The notes under the pieces are model-generated. The model ran no database searches. It was given only the letters and a program-made list of their open reading frames with translations, and was not told the DNA's origin. The position numbers and the translations under genes were made by a program. This document shows, one piece after another, positions 1 to 15,199 of a stretch of DNA of 64,000 bases. Origin of the DNA: Lingula anatina (taxonomy: Eukaryota; Animalia; Brachiopoda); contig CM120641.1 in the NCBI GenBank assembly GCA_051362555.1, positions 43,654,401 to 43,718,400 of the forward strand. The letters are read 5' to 3'. Each line of letters starts with the position of its first letter. The first letter of the stretch is position 1.

Positions 1-1238
1 GTGTTGGGTATCTAAGCTCATCATGTTGATAGGGCTTGGTGAAGCACTTAACACTTTCCAAGAGATTTTCCTCTGGTCCTCCAGAGTCAAACAAGTAGTC
101 TGGCGCTGCTTAGCACATTTGGTCGGGGCTGTATATCAATAGCCGAATCCAATAAATATCATTAACCAAGAACCAGTTTTGTCAACTTGTCTTGATTTTG
201 GGCACAAGTGATTTGACGGCTGTTGACGTCGACATCAAATCGTTCCTTCAAAATGTGAGCATCTCTTTTTGTCATTCGGTCACTTGTTCCTACTCTAAGT
301 AAACATTGATTTTTGTGGCCAAGAATAAAGATAATCATCTTTCGTGTTAATCGTGAATGAAATAGTCTTATCTATAAAACCATTAACAAGTCTTCCAGGT
401 ATAGTCTACAGGCCATCAAGTACTGTCTAAGTATTCAGAAACGCCTACCTCTTTGAATTAATATTTAAGTTATATCTGTAAAACAATGTGCTTGAGAAGT
501 GAAAAGATGTCCTCAGATGATATTACAGCGAAATTGTCTACTTTTGTGAACTGATATCCAGTTTCCATACGCAAAAATACAAAACGAGAAGAGGAAACTG
601 GCTCTTGATTCGTTCCGATGTTTTTTTTTTATTCACACGTGAATATTCCCCTAGGAAGTCCTCAAAATCCTAACGTGTAAAATAGACCTTATATATTGTA
701 GTGGTTATAGGGTGAGGGTGTCGCTGATTTAACATGGCCGTTACATTGCATATTTGCAGAATGCAAGTGGAAAGTAGCACGGGATAAGGGTTTCACACTT
801 TCACACTTCACGAGTACAGGTTTTCAAAAAGGACTATTATTACCCCCCCCTCGTCTGCCCATGTCCACGAAAGAGGTCTAGGGACATGAATTAAAAAGAA
901 AAAATGTCTGAAAGCGGGTTTCGGTGCTATCAATGTAATACAAGGTTGGTAAGGTATATTTCTTTGATCGCGACACACATTGCTTGAAGCACCTACATGT
1001 ACATCGATTGCCTGTCTTGACAGCATACAACATATAGAACAAAGTGATGGTGTCACGCAAACGAACAGTTACCTAGAGGTCCGAACAGAATTGAAAATTG
1101 ACTAATGTTTTGCATTCCCACTCAGTTCTTAGGGGAAAATCTTAGGACTTTGTTCAAGGTGTCATCTGATAACTGTTTTGCCAAAGTAAACACAACGCTT
1201 TACACCTCGGTTGTCTGTTGTGATATTTTTCAGTTTAA

Positions 1239-1545
1239 AGGGATAACAACTGTTCATTTTGGCCAAAAATGGATTTTCCTTGGATAAAGGACAACCCATA
1301 CCCACATTCAAAGTTAGTCCCTGTTTTTTTTCTAAAAAGTTTAGTTTTTTGTTATATTCTCTTTAGAAATTATTACAGAGTGTAGCCATCTATGGAGGTC
1401 ACGTGACGTGATGGCAAGCAAAAATTCCAGAATAATTGCCTTAACCGCCGTTTTGGTGGTTAAATAGAATTTATTATAGTTCTATGAGTTGTTTAAAATG
1501 TATTTATTGTGAAATATGAATATATTACGAACAGCTGTTATCCCT
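1239..1545. mobile_element. Non-autonomous DNA transposon (MITE) with TTAA target-site duplication, Kolobok/piggyBac-like; copy 1
   Basis: Terminal inverted repeats TTAA|AGGGATAACAAC ... GCTGTTATCCCT|TTAA. Internal sequence is shared with 26091-26428 (e.g. ACATTCAAAGTTAGTCCCTG, TGGAGGTCACGTG). Confidence 0.75.
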
Positions 1546-4500
1546 TTAAGTACAATGAATATATTGTACAAAATAGGTGCTATTACATATAAAGTCTTGT
1601 GAAAATATTATTAGATATCATTGTCAACGCCAGCATAATATCTTTGGTCATTCATGCATCAGCCATCAGTCATAAAAGGGCTCTTAACTGCACCTTCTTT
1701 AAATTTTCGGTCGTAATTTGACCTTCATATATGACCAACTTATATGTCCTTGTTATGTTTATGCATAGAAAGCAAGCAGAAAAATCCGTTCAAATATCAT
1801 TTTTCGGGTATTATGCAACGATGACATTTGGCATTTCTCTAGGTTGTACTTTCTGAAACTATGTGATGGGATATGGTCAGCTTTCATGGCAAAAATGACC
1901 CAAAATGCAAATGCAATTATTCAGTTAGAATGACAAGGGTAAATAGCATAACCAAAAATATTTGTTTTTGTGTGTTACCTCTTTCGCGCGCCTTCTCTAA
2001 CTCTTATGAGTCAGAAAGCTCCGAGGACACTCACTGTAACTACATTTAATTTGGCAGTGCGCGGCGTTTTGCGTCTAAAATGTGGAGATTGATTGTTTAC
2101 AAAAAAAAAAAAATCCATAAATTTATCAGTTCACGTGCAACAAAAACTTACACGATTCACTTACCCCGTCAGATACGGCGTCGTTTTCTATAATAAATAC
2201 AAATACACTGACATCACCACTTTAAGCTGTGTTTTTGCTTTCTGGCAAATAATGCGTCCTCCTTGTTGGAAAATGGACCATAATTTATTATTGCATGGCT
2301 GCTTTGAAGGCAAGGCACTTACATTATATACCATTCTGTTCTTTGGTATATACAGGTAATAATAATGCATGTTGTGTCCTACATTTCGCTGCGGTTATGC
2401 AGTGCATAATCATGGTACTCTTGTGAAAGGCCACCGCTTAGAGTTATTTTCTGCACTTTCAGATTTTCTTGTCATCCTATACGTAAGCTCTCGTCGTGTG
2501 CTTCAACCCCCTTTTCATAGAGACGACTACATAGACGCAATATTATGAGAAACCTTTTATTCAGTGTCTGAGATGCGGTTCACGACTGCAATGCAACGTT
2601 TTGCCTTCAACGAACAAAGCCTATTAATCTCAATACAGATGTCTGATTGGAATCCATCTAACCACAAACCATCATCAAACGGATTCCCATATTGCCATGC
2701 TGATAAAGAATAAGATTTTAATCAACGGAAGGCATTGAGACGTTAGCGCCAGATATTGCTAACATTGTTCTGTACCTTCATACTCTTCCATCCCGGAAAC
2801 CTGGTGAAAATTACCAAAATCAGCAGCCCATCACCACCATTAGACGTTAATTTGGTCATGTGCCTAGATTTAGATGATAATTATCTAAGTGCATGAACTA
2901 ATGACTGCATAGCTGAGTTTTTTCCCCGCATTTTATTTATCTTAATATGCCTTGGTTTCGATCATTTCCAAACCGCGAAATCTAACTGAATAGAATATGT
3001 ACAGGGGAGCGGCATAAATACTGCACCATATGTATGAGCTGTTTTTTGGTTTATCTGCCACGTAACAAATAATGTGATTTTTTCATGTGATCTACAAAGG
3101 TTGTAATCGAATATGTAACGTCTGGCTGTCAAGTTGCTACCGTGGTGAAGGTGCCGGAGCCCAAAAATGGCAATGCCAAAAGATTTCTTTTCTTAGGAAG
3201 GAGGGCTAGTCTCCCATAGATAGTTATCAGATATGGCGGCTTCAAGCTGTACGTAGGTCTTGCAAAAAAGGATGAAAGATACTGGCGATGCCTAAAAGTT
3301 ACCACGAGGTGGACAAGCGAAGGTGACACGTCAGACGTCCTTTTTTAGTTATCAATGCTACGAAGATTGGTTGGCATTTCGTAACTTGCAGCTGTTGGTG
3401 TTGGAAAATAAGCAACCCAAAGCAGGCTCCGTACTTTAGGAATTTACAGCAGGGTTGCCACGAGAAAACCACTTATCACTTTTGTAAAGATGGGGAGAAG
3501 AGATGCGTAGGCTGGTGGAACTTTCAAGGACCGCAAGTCAATAGTGACGCCATTTTGTGTTTCCTGAAAAGTCCATACTCTCCCTTAACAACGTAAATGG
3601 ACAAGTGAGGGTATGAAGAACATCAGCAACTGTCTACCTATCAATTTGCTAGGAATATCCTCACAAGACAGTCCCATTCAATTAGGGGTTTGCGGAGCTA
3701 CGGCATTGGTGAACTGGCACTGGTTAAATGAACGGCTGAATAAATCTCATCCACAGGCGCTACATTGGAATCCTGGACCAACATCTAAAAATCTTTAGGG
3801 AAGGAATTACCAGTTTATTTTCCAGAATACCAACCCAACGCACATCTTGATTATAGAAAAACACATATCATATCTTGTACACTCACAAACAAAGAGTGGC
3901 ATCATCAACAGGGCACCAACAGGGTACACAGGCATGCGCAATCATCAGACAAAAACCCCATTGAAAACCTGAGGTTTAAGTCGGAAATCGGAAATCAAGT
4001 GACAAATCTCTTATTTTCCAGAAACGCTCTTATCCAAAGTGTCTTTAGAGCCTGGGCCAGCATAGACCCCTGAATATAACTCCACCCGTAAGTCCATGCC
4101 CAGAAAGTCGACGGCCATTTTGAGGCCACGTGCTTATCTTACAAAATATCCTTCTTGAAAATACAAATACTGACATAATAACTTAATTCTTGTAAGAGTA
4201 AAGCAATAGTCTGTAAACCTGCAGTAAAGTAGTTCACCTAACATACCACAATGTTAATAAAATACACGAAAACCCTAACAGATTCAACTCTCATTCGCCT
4301 TAAAGCAACATGGTGCAATACTTTTGGCAACCCCTACACAACTAGTATGCATGAGTTAAAATATAGTTTTGCTTAATTTTCTCACACTTAGCGAAATACA
4401 ATCGGCTCAGGGCTTCATTTAGATACACGTAAGTGCATGTCACAGTGACACAAAATTAAAAGAAAGCCCATATTTAATGAGAAGATAATATGAATACGCA

Positions 4501-7500
4501 CAATCTAGAACGGCGCTCTCACAGAGAGAAAACATCCCTGTAAAACAAAAAAAATAAGGACAAGTACAACTTGGAGAGAGAGAGTGAGAGAGAGAGTGAG
4601 AAGCTCGTTCGTATTAATTCCACAAAAAGATATACATCTGTAAATGTACATGTAGGTGTTCAAGGCCTTACACACCTAAAGCTGAATTTCACAAAGCTCA
4701 TTGGATATTGGAACTATCCCATTGACTTACGGTCCAATGCTTGGCGTGTTTTTCTCCCACGTCAAAACTACGCGAGGTTCTTAACAGATTTTGAACTAAA
4801 TGTCAGCTAAAAAGAAAGTCCTATTAAAATATGATAGCGTGCACACCGTGTGGCATGTATTTTTCAGTAGCTAACATACAGATTTATCATACATGTAGAT
4901 TGCATATCATCAGGGTCGATGCATGTTGTTTTCATTATTTAAAGTCTGTTTATGTTATTATTGCTTTTAAGCGGTAAAAATGGTACAGATCTATGAATGA
5001 CGCTTTTAATTTCATACCGTAAGATTATTATGATTATTACTATTATTACTATGGTTATTATTATTATTATTAAAGTGGCTGTTGTTGTTCTCTACACCAT
5101 TCTTATTGCCAATCTTTAAATAGCCACAATAGTTATTATAGAGGGATTTACTTTTGTATAATGTGCAATTTATTAACTATATCACATGACAATGTACAAG
5201 ATTATTTAAAAGAATGCACCAGTGCAGGAAAAATTGCATTGATTGTTAAATGAGGCTTGAGAACGTTTACGCTTAGCAGATCTCAGCTTGTTGTTTTTGA
5301 TGAATGAATCAGGAGTAATAGAGACAGACATGTGGTTTAAACACTTGATAAAAGCAAATGTTAATTTGCTTTTATCATTTTCCTAATGGGTGGGGGGGGG
5401 GGGGGGGGGGGAGATTCATATTTTCCAAAATATTGTTTTGAAAGCATTTTAATGGAAGTCGCTATTGATAATGGCACAAATGCTTTTATTTATCTTCACC
5501 GTGACATCTGCATAAATCATGATTGATGCAACAAAAAGCATTTTTTAACATATTGTTTGATATTATTTTAGTAGCGAATACGTTACCCCCTCCCCGACGT
5601 TCATTTATATGGAGATTTATCCTCAGACCAAACCTGTCACATGCAAGTCCGTGAAAATTTCCAAGTCGCGGTGGCCATTTCTATTTCAGATTCTAACATG
5701 TACTTATAAAAAACACAAAAAATATATAATAGAATGCGTAAATGGATAAATGAAACATCCATGCTTTTTTATTTAAGGAATGCATTGGTGACACTTCCCA
5801 ATAGAGTTTTGAATAATTTTTAATATGCCGTAAAGCAAAATTTCCTACTACATATACATCTTTTTTAGTTTTAGAAAAATGTCTTGAGCCGAGCAATAAA
5901 TGTGTTTATCGTTTATCGGGCAAAGCTCTAAATACTTATAATAAATGACTACAGTTAACTTTAAAGGTCTAGACAATAGTGGTAAACTAAAGAGAACCTA
6001 CACAAATTCGCTTTGATAATATAGAACAGACTTAAGAGATCAATTGGCTATGAAATATTTAAGATTAGAAGTCCCACACTTGATTGCTGCTGATAGAAAT
6101 GTGTTGTTGAACCCCACGCAGAGCATTCAATGTGTGTTGATTAAAATGAAAGCAAATTTCTATAACCTAACTGAATCACATGCAAAGCATGCTTTAGGTC
6201 TAATCCCCGATCTAATAAAACAAAGCGAAGCTAACTCAAAGGCTTTCAGCGTCTAATCAATAAATGAAGAATATGAGTGCAGTTTTGTCACAGGATACGC
6301 CACTGTGACCTAAAAACAGTGGAATTATTTATAAATCACATCACGAAATTTCGATTCTTGTCACGTTCGTGGTTGTCATATGTTCTATGTGGTAATTACA
6401 TATCGGAAGTGAAACATGCATATGGCGAAATAGGTTCACCAAGCGAAGACGATATGTTACGATATATAAATCAATAAATAAATAAATAAACAAATAAAAA
6501 TAGTCGGTCCCTAATCTTATTACGATATGTCCAGAAGACATTGCTTTATTTTAACTAGCTTACTTCTTTGTCAAAATCAAAATAGGTCATTACAACAGAT
6601 ACTGAAAAAAAAATGGATACTAGATGTAAACATAACATTACCTGCCATTTTTTTAAGCAGATGGTTGTTAGCTCCGTGAAGACTTCAAATATAATAGGCT
6701 TATTCTTTGAACACTGCTGCTTCTCTCAACACTCTAAATTCAGACAGAATGAACTCGTTGGTAACAGTTTGAAGCAGCTCGGCGGTTTCTTTTTGATGTT
6801 GAAAAAATGTCACCAAGCAGTCAGCATACCGCTAGCTTCCTGAGCTTCGTTCACTGTCGCTTTTTCTCGAGTGAACCTCTTCCATCTAAGATCTCATATG
6901 AACCCGAAGTATTTTTGAGTAAATCGACAAAAACAAACCTTTAAAATAATAGGATCTTGACGAAGAGGGTGTCATAAACGATCGAATTATCGCCTTAAAT
7001 TGGCATTTAAAAAAATCAATGCTGCGAGGTTAACCAACGTGAGTGCCATCAATCTGAAAGCAGTAGGTTCTCTGCATCCCGCGCCGCTGGTCTCCGTGCT
7101 CTTTGAAATCCCAAATCACAGCGCGCACGGGTCGTGAAAATTACTGTCGCAACTTCAATCTGCACGCAATTAAGTTAAATTGCGACCCCGACCGTCAACA
7201 TGTGATGACTACAAGTTGGCCGCATGGTGGCGCGACAAGCATCGCGTTTTCTCTGCCGAACGCTGTCTCTCTCTTTCGCTCTAAAGTAAGTGCTTCTAAA
7301 TATCTCCCCGCAGCCGTTTATTCGCAGATGTAATCTCGTCGGGTTTATATTGGAATAACAGATGAAAAATAGCCCTAATTGGATAGGCATCCGTCTTTCT
7401 TAGTTAAGGCTCATACGTATTACTGTACAATTACTTTGGTTGCTGGCCTAGCACATTATCTGATTTCTATAACCCGCGACTTAATGGAAACTGACAGATT

Positions 7501-10500
7501 ATCAGCGACCGCCAACGACAGTTATGTTTATCATATTTCGTATTTCGTCAGCTATACTTGTTTCCTTGACACGATCCAATGTCGGATTTTCAAATAATCA
7601 AAATGCACATCCGATATCAAGTCTCTTCTTCTTGTTTATCTCTTAATTAACATGGAACTTAAACAAGACGAAATTACCTTGCGACTTTGGACATGTGTGG
7701 TTTCCACGAGAAGAGAAATTTGAGAAATAAGGAATCACTAATTGGCGTGAAGTTTATTTTTAAGATTGATTTCTTATTAACAAAAATTACTTAGTTTTTC
7801 GTAAGGCTTTCTGTCAGTCCAATTTTCATGCCAACTATGAATACACAAGGCAACCTGCCAGCGATGAACTGCGGTGAATTATTGCAATGAGATCTAGTGA
7901 CACGGAATGCCTGTTACATGGAGGAAAAATAGAAGGAATAATGCACACATTTATCCTCGTCAACCCTCAGTGCCATCATTCCGACTTGAAGATCAAATGA
8001 CACCGGGATAAAGCAACACAGAAGTGTACTAGGAAAAAGGAATTTGAGCTGTAATTTCGGATTAAGTTGATGGTTATTAGTGACTCGAATGATATGCTCT
8101 AACTTAAATGTATGTCTACTCTGCTTTGCCCTAAAACGAGAAAGTAAAGCCTTGGGGATTTGCTTTGAAGTGTGCTTCAAAATAACTCCTCGGTCCTCGG
8201 TTTGGTGTCAAATGAGACAAAACCCTATCTATATCGTGTAACTACCGCCCGAACTGCAGTTCAAAAGACTCACAAGTATACCTGTTTGACTGTTTAGGAT
8301 ATCGTTTGATATTAAATTATATTGTCGTTAAGACGGAGATTGGAACGATGTGTAACCGAAATAAAATAGGATCTAAACATTATAACAACGACACTTTGCG
8401 ATGCTTATAAAATTGGCCCCGCACGATGAAACATTGTCAAATAAATTCAGCGGAGATAGTATCACAAAAATTATTCTGAATATGGATCCACGGAGTAAGA
8501 CATTTAAGAATTAGATGGACTTACTGACACCTGCAGTAGAATCAAAGGGTTGGATCTTCCCTCTCTGTTAAGTTTTTATTTAGAAAGAGTGGGATCCAAA
8601 ACTGAAAAAAATAATGATTGAAACGACCCTCCCGGCCTATGGGCTTTTTTTGAAAATTTTTTCAAAGCAAAAGCAGGCTTTGAAGTTTAAGGGGAAGCTA
8701 AATATATCTTAAAGTTTTTATCCAACTGCTACGTATCTTTTTCAAAGTAAAACTGTTAACTTTTCTTTTTATTCTTAGCCAATCCTATTTCATTTATTTT
8801 TTAAGTTGAAGATGGCTATATAATTTCCGTTTTGTATTACAAATTTATACTGCATTTTCTTATGCTCCACGGCTAAGAAAATTCAACTATATCTAACGAA
8901 ATACGCTTAATACCGTATTAGTAACCAACAATCTGACAAACGACCGCCGCTATAAAATCACATGCGTGGCCAATACAGAGTTTTGCTGTTAAATGTCAAT
9001 CCCTATTTAATTCAGTGCGTTCAGGCCCCATGAGAACGCAGTAACTAACGTACAGCATATCTTCTCAATTTCGCTTAAATGACTGTAATTCCCGAATGCA
9101 ACTTTCACTTTCGAGGATACGCAGAGCACAAACCTTGCCCATTTCATTTGTTTTATTTCCGTACAATAGTATAATTAGATATTCCTTAAGCTCCAATTAT
9201 TATTTACTGAAATCTTGCCAAATATTACTGGAAGACAACCTATGCATTTGAACAGGCATACAATGCTTCCATTTTTGCTGAGGATAAAATGTTGGAAAAA
9301 ATCCCTTGTAGTTGGTTCACATGTCTCTCGCTACACCGTTTTTTCTTCTGGTCATGAGGGAGAGGGGGATCAGAGGTGCCTCAGAAGTTAAAGAGGAACA
9401 CTGCCATCTCCAGCAGCAGCATCATCTTGCTTCTGGTTCGAAAAACGTACACGCATGTCTACGTATTCACTGTCCTTTTAATGCCATGTCAAGAAGGGTA
9501 TTAATACATAACCTGCATACCACAATTACACGTACCGGTATAGAGGAAAAATCTATATAGCGAAAGGATGCATCATATTTCCATCAAACACATGTTGGAA
9601 TGAATTAATAACTTAAGGCATAATTTGAAGCTAAACACGAAGCTGACATCTAGCTTTTTCCATGACAATTATTTAGATCGATAAAATGACTATTTTCAAA
9701 ATGGCCGTCAAAACCAAAATTTCATATGAGCGATTCTTCTTTGTAATTCACGCCCAGTAGGGGTTGAGTGACCTGTCCATTACTCATTTTTACTGAATAT
9801 TAATATTTTCGTGTATTTGATAATGTGGGTCGATTATTCACTGTCGCCACTGACCTTGACCTTGAGATCGTTTTAAATTGCCACAGAAGACCAAATGTAA
9901 ACACATGCTCTTGGTAGATTCAGTGGGCTTCAATTACATTTTTCGGTGGAAGTTATTTTGTTTAGGTGATATTATATAAATGTTATATAAGACATGTGTC
10001 AGTAGTTAAATTTACATCCAATGTTTGATGCAGAAAGAACAGCAGCATTTTAATAGCAACCATACAACTCTCAAAGTTCTGATGTGTGGTCTCTGGTTTT
10101 TCAGCAATTTTAAAAGATAACTCTACAAAATTCAAAATGACGTCAACTTCACCAAATTGTGAATAAAGTGATGGGAAAAATCGAAAAGATGCCTCCTAAA
10201 AGACAAAAAAAAAAAATAAAACAATAACTCAATTCATTGGGAATTGTACGTTTTCACAAGATTAGGTCCTGTCTTTTTGATTAGTCAAGGAGATTTGCTA
10301 TACAACAAAATGGTTTATGCACAAAAGCACAAAGGCTGGCGCCAGTCACAACTTTCCTGAAGACATACACGACCAGTGGTGATATTAAGCAGCATTACAA
10401 ACAAAGAACAAAGCGTTTTTTTCTCTTCGATGAAATTTCATTGATAAAGGACATGCGTATGTTAGCATCCTTTTCCATGCTGAAGAAGGCATACAAGTTG

Positions 10501-11794
10501 GCTATAAAAGCTACGCCAAAAAATCACCAATTAATTTGGACATCTTATCTGTATATTTTGAAACTTGGCAACAGTATATACATATTTGTGTGCGTGTCAC
10601 TTTTCTGTCACATCGCTCTTAGCTGCTACATGTACAAATTTTCATTCGATAGCAAAGGGGGAAGCTGCAGCGGATCTGCCATTACCGTGCGACAGACTAC
10701 TTATATAAAACACCACCCGAGGGGGCTATGAAAACATAATTGTTCAGCAAAATTATCTTAATGTTGAGAAAAATGGCTTGCCCGCAGGACCAGTGAATTC
10801 TCCATTAAAGGGATTAGATAGTGCAGCGTTATGAGCATCCTGTTTGTGGCAATCTAAAATCCCTTAGATCACGCACAAGGCCTATATTAGAAACTCCACA
10901 GGTTTAAGAAAAAGAAATTCCCTGATAAACAATCTACTTTTCTTGCAAGGCATGTGTATTATACTATACACATGTGCGCATGTAGGGGTACGCTTTTATC
11001 ACGACATGCACGTGGTAATTATCATGTTCTACCTATGTGAACACGGCCAGACTGTAATTCTATAGGTTATAGGATGAAATGTTTTAAATGGGGCGAAATT
11101 GGCAAGTAATGAATGGCAGGCAAATGACAAATAGTTTATTTTGTTAGTACTAAATCACGAAGTAATATTGCAATACGGAGCAAATATACCAATTGAATAA
11201 CCGAACTAAAATTTAAAATTTTGAATTCAGTTTCACTTGTCCTCGGTAACCTTGTAGCACAAATGCTCAACAGATAGTTTGTTTTATTAGCGGAAATTTT
11301 AATGACAAATAAAATCGAGCACAGCCCGAACAGTATCTCTCCAGTTTTAAACAGCTTTAACAGCCTTAGGATCAAGGTAAAAAAATTAACTTCAAATGTG
11401 TTAAGCAAAGGCTTTGTCCATTCTCCATAATACAGTTATATAGACTAATTAATTAGATGGAGAATATTCAAGGTCTTGATGCATTAGTTTTCTCTAAATA
11501 TTTCATACATGCGGTAGGCTTATCCTATATTAAAGAAAACTCAGGAGAATTTCAGCCATTTACCGAGCGAAAAGCAAGACAATGAATACACTATTCATAG
11601 AGACATTTGCAACATAAAGGTATGATGGCAATATTCAGGCATACTAACCTATTTTGAAATCGATGTACTAAGCTTTCACCTAAAATCGTAATGAGGACGA
11701 TAATGTAGTAAGAGAAACATGTGTTATTGATAGAAGGAATGAAAGGAAGAGATATTCTGAAATAACGGTTCATTCTAAAAGGAATAAAAAAAGG

Positions 11795-12370
11795 TATATA
11801 TACCTGGGTTACACGGCAACAGACAATGAAAAATGTGAAAGAGAAATAAAAATAAGAATAGGCATTGAAAAATCAGCATTTGAAAGCTTAGCTAATGCTA
11901 TAAGATAAATAAACATTAGCATTAGTCTAAGGCGACGTATCATTTAATGTTATATCTGGTCATTACTATTGTACCGCTCAGACGGATGAAAAAACTGGAA
12001 ACGTTTGAAATGTCGATATACAGTATGAAAGGATGTTAAAAATATCATGGACTGAACATAAAAGTAATGAGAAACTAACTAAATAATCTAAAAATAAAAA
12101 AGATCATTACTGAACACCATTACGAAAAGAAAATTAACTTATTTTGGACATATAACAAGAAAAGATAATTTGCAGTGGTTGTTATTAGAAGGAAAATTAA
12201 ATGGGAAACGAAGGAAAGATTAGGAAAACCAAGAATTACATGGATGGACAACATAAAACCAATCAAAATATAGCGAACGCATACGCATGGCACAAGATCG
12301 AAAGGCATGGCGACCTATGACAACCAAGCTGCTGAGAGTGGATGGCACCCAATTACGATGTTGAATTGTT
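11795..12370 (+). mobile_element. Degraded non-LTR retrotransposon (RTE-like LINE) 3' fragment
   Basis: Frameshifted translation gives motifs typical of the RTE C-terminal region: YLG..., EIKIRIG, CYIWSLLLY, KKLETFEM, RMLKISWTEHKSNE, RKLTYFGHI, LLLEGKLNGKR, GKPRITWMDNI. It has many stops and indels and a GAT-rich tail, and may extend upstream to about 11400. Confidence 0.75.
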
Positions 12371-15129
12371 GATGATAGAAAGAATAGCCTGAATCTTTCA
12401 AAATGTTTTAATCTCTCTCTCTCTCTCTCTCTGACACACAAACGACACAGACACACTTTTTAGTTTTCAAGGGTACATGTAGTAAACGATGTATATCTTT
12501 TATCCTTCAGCTGTATCCCTTTTTAGTACAAAGTCTTAATTTTTTATTCAAACAGATTTTACAGTTTTGTAATACATCGTCATTTTTATATCAATTTATT
12601 CCCGATATTGAGATTAAATTGGAATTTTTTTCCAAATTATTTTTCTTCGGCTTTTTCCTATTTCTTTACGCACCGTTAAACTGGCTACTTTATGCAAAAT
12701 TTCAAAATCATCTGTACAGGTGTTATAGAAATATAGATAGTTTTAACAGAACTATGCTCTCTCCTAGTCATACTAGCACCAGCCCAAAGGGTACTACCCG
12801 ATGGAATTGTCATATATTACTTAATGTAGACGTACTACAGACAGCGTAGTCAATTAATTTGAAGTGGTACACCTGACTACAGGTTTTCTATTCACGTATC
12901 TCATATCAGACAAAAGGGAAAAATGCGTTTTATCCCTAGGCATACCTGAAAAAAAGCTGAAATATTACATATTTAATGTTACATGTAGGTCTGTATTTAT
13001 TGGCAGAACGGTATTCACTGTAAGAATCTGAGGTTCATTTTTTTTATTGCCTAAGTTGCTCAGGACTGAACAGAACTTATGGAGTCTATGAGAAACAGTA
13101 TTCACAAGTACAGCTGCATTGAGCAAAGTGCTTCTGAAGTAGCGAATATGCGTAGTGATAATCAAGTATCTGACAAGCTACCTGCATGTAGGACGGAATG
13201 AGCTCAAGTCACAAACTCAACAGCAGACGGTGCTTTTTCATAGAGCTATAGAAGTGTTACTGACCCCAGCAAAAATTGATTTTTTTTCATATACAAATGT
13301 TATCAATTTATAAATTATATAAGCACGACTATTTGATTGCCAACTTTAAAGAAAAAAATGGTAAGAAAACAAAGATATAATCATTTAACTTTTTTTACAT
13401 TTGGGCATTCGATTTAAGTTTTTCCTTTCTTGCTTGGGTTACTGGGGGTACTTGTCGATTTGTATCCAGGATTTTCGAAAAGTGCATCGAGCAGATGCAT
13501 TCGATAGACCTTGCGATATAATTCTAGAACTCTCCTTCTGTATACTTTTATAATAAATATTCAAATAGAAAACGGTAACTGTATAGTGACAGAATTCAGG
13601 CCTTAGTATTGTTTATCCACAGCAATGTGGTAATTGTAACAGACAATTTTCTGATGTAGTGTGTTAGGTGTGACACAGCCTTAGTGCCAGGATTGTGTTT
13701 TCTTTTTTGACCGTTTTCTTCTCTGGGTGCGTTTACAACAATTTTTTTTCGATGATTAATACATAATTTTTACTTTTCAAATAATTTTTAAAAATTTTGT
13801 GACCAACTATTCCCAGCAATATTGTTGTAGAAAAGAAAGCAAAATAAAATGAAAAGAAAAGAGACAAATAATTCTTTAAAATTTCGGCTTGGGGGGGGGG
13901 GTGAAAGAAGTTCTGGTACAGTGTAATTCAGCATCAAGGCCAGTGTCTTCCTTCTACATGTAACTCTTGTCAATTCATTATTTCAGATAATGCGATAGAT
14001 ACAACATTCGTCACTGAGCTCTACATGTACGTGAAATAATACAAGTGTATTGTCGAGCTGCCGGCGAGAAAACACACGAGTGGTTTTCACGTTCAGCTCT
14101 GTGCCGGCTATTTTACATTTATTTAGCTTAAAACCATGGCCTCTTATTGGCGACCACTACGCTGATGTCTTACTCATGCGTGTTTAGTACTGCTCTATAC
14201 CCGAGGCCAGCTGAGTGGGGAAAAATTAATTCAAAGCAAAAATAATTGCAGGACATAAGAAAAAATTGTCAAGAAAGTCCCAGGTGCATATCTTTGAACT
14301 TCAAGTGAAAAAAATCAGTCTTTGGACATTTACTCTTAAAAAGTGGTTTTAATATTTCACTTCTGTTCTTGAAGTAATGCGTTGCTCACATAAGAGACTG
14401 TGAACCACAATTTGAAGAAAAAAGTGAGTTTTCGGCTTATCAGTGTGTTTCAGTTTAAAAACTCCATATGTTTCATGTTTGCAAGATTCGCTGTAATAAG
14501 AGATAAGATTGGATTTAATACAGATACTGGGTCCCAAGTTGGAGTTACTGGAGTTACTACTGCTTAGAGTACAGCGAGGCGCGGAATGCATTCCTACATG
14601 ACGTTCTTTTATATCGAATACACCACGGCCGAGTTCTTTGTATGCGCCAGCCGTGATTCAATAATGTCCCAGGCTGTTGTCAACTGGACTTGCTCACTTT
14701 AACCAAAGATGACAAAGGAGATCACATCCAAGTTAGAGGTTATCTGCAGTGTCACAGAGAGTAAATTAGTTTGCGAGACTGGCCAGTGTGACGGGAATAA
14801 GAGTCCCCTGTGACTGACGGCCCACGTTGAAAAAAGACAAGGAGACGTACAAGGTATCCGGACTCTGCGTTTCACTTTTTTGTTTCGGGCAGTCCGCTGG
14901 ACCCTAGATGGTAGGACTCTCTGTTACGTCACCCCGGTCAGTATGCGGCTATTCTCGATAACAATTCAATTCACTGATAACTGAGGCAATGGGGATGACG
15001 ATTTTCATCGAACGCGTCAATTTTTCATAACTATTACATTCTTTACATGAACCAATCTTTACCAATGCAAATATTCTATTAATCCCAATCCTATAAAAAG
15101 GCTTTCTCAGACGTAAATCGGTAGGTCAT

Positions 15130-15199
15130 GTGACACGGCTTATCGGTGATATATAAATGGGGGCCCAGACACAATGACCTGTTGACTCAACAGAGAAAG
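15130..15199 (+). promoter_or_regulatory. GST1 core promoter: antioxidant response element, TATA box and probable non-coding first exon
   Basis: GTGACACGGC (RTGACnnnGC) at 15130-15139, TATATAAA at 15150, and donor AAG|GTATGT at 15199/15200. Acceptor TTTACAG ends at 16235, just upstream of the ATG. Confidence 0.6.

Noticed and set aside
1-130. Minus-strand open frame (..PTKCAKQRQTTCLTLEDQRKISWKV..) running off the window edge
   Set aside because: Too short, no recognisable motif, and only a weak acceptor; it cannot be supported without the adjacent sequence.
3560-3800. NISNCLPINLL resembling the LINE reverse-transcriptase NYRPISLL motif
   Set aside because: A single degenerate motif with no further RT motifs traceable; possibly an old relic but not supportable.
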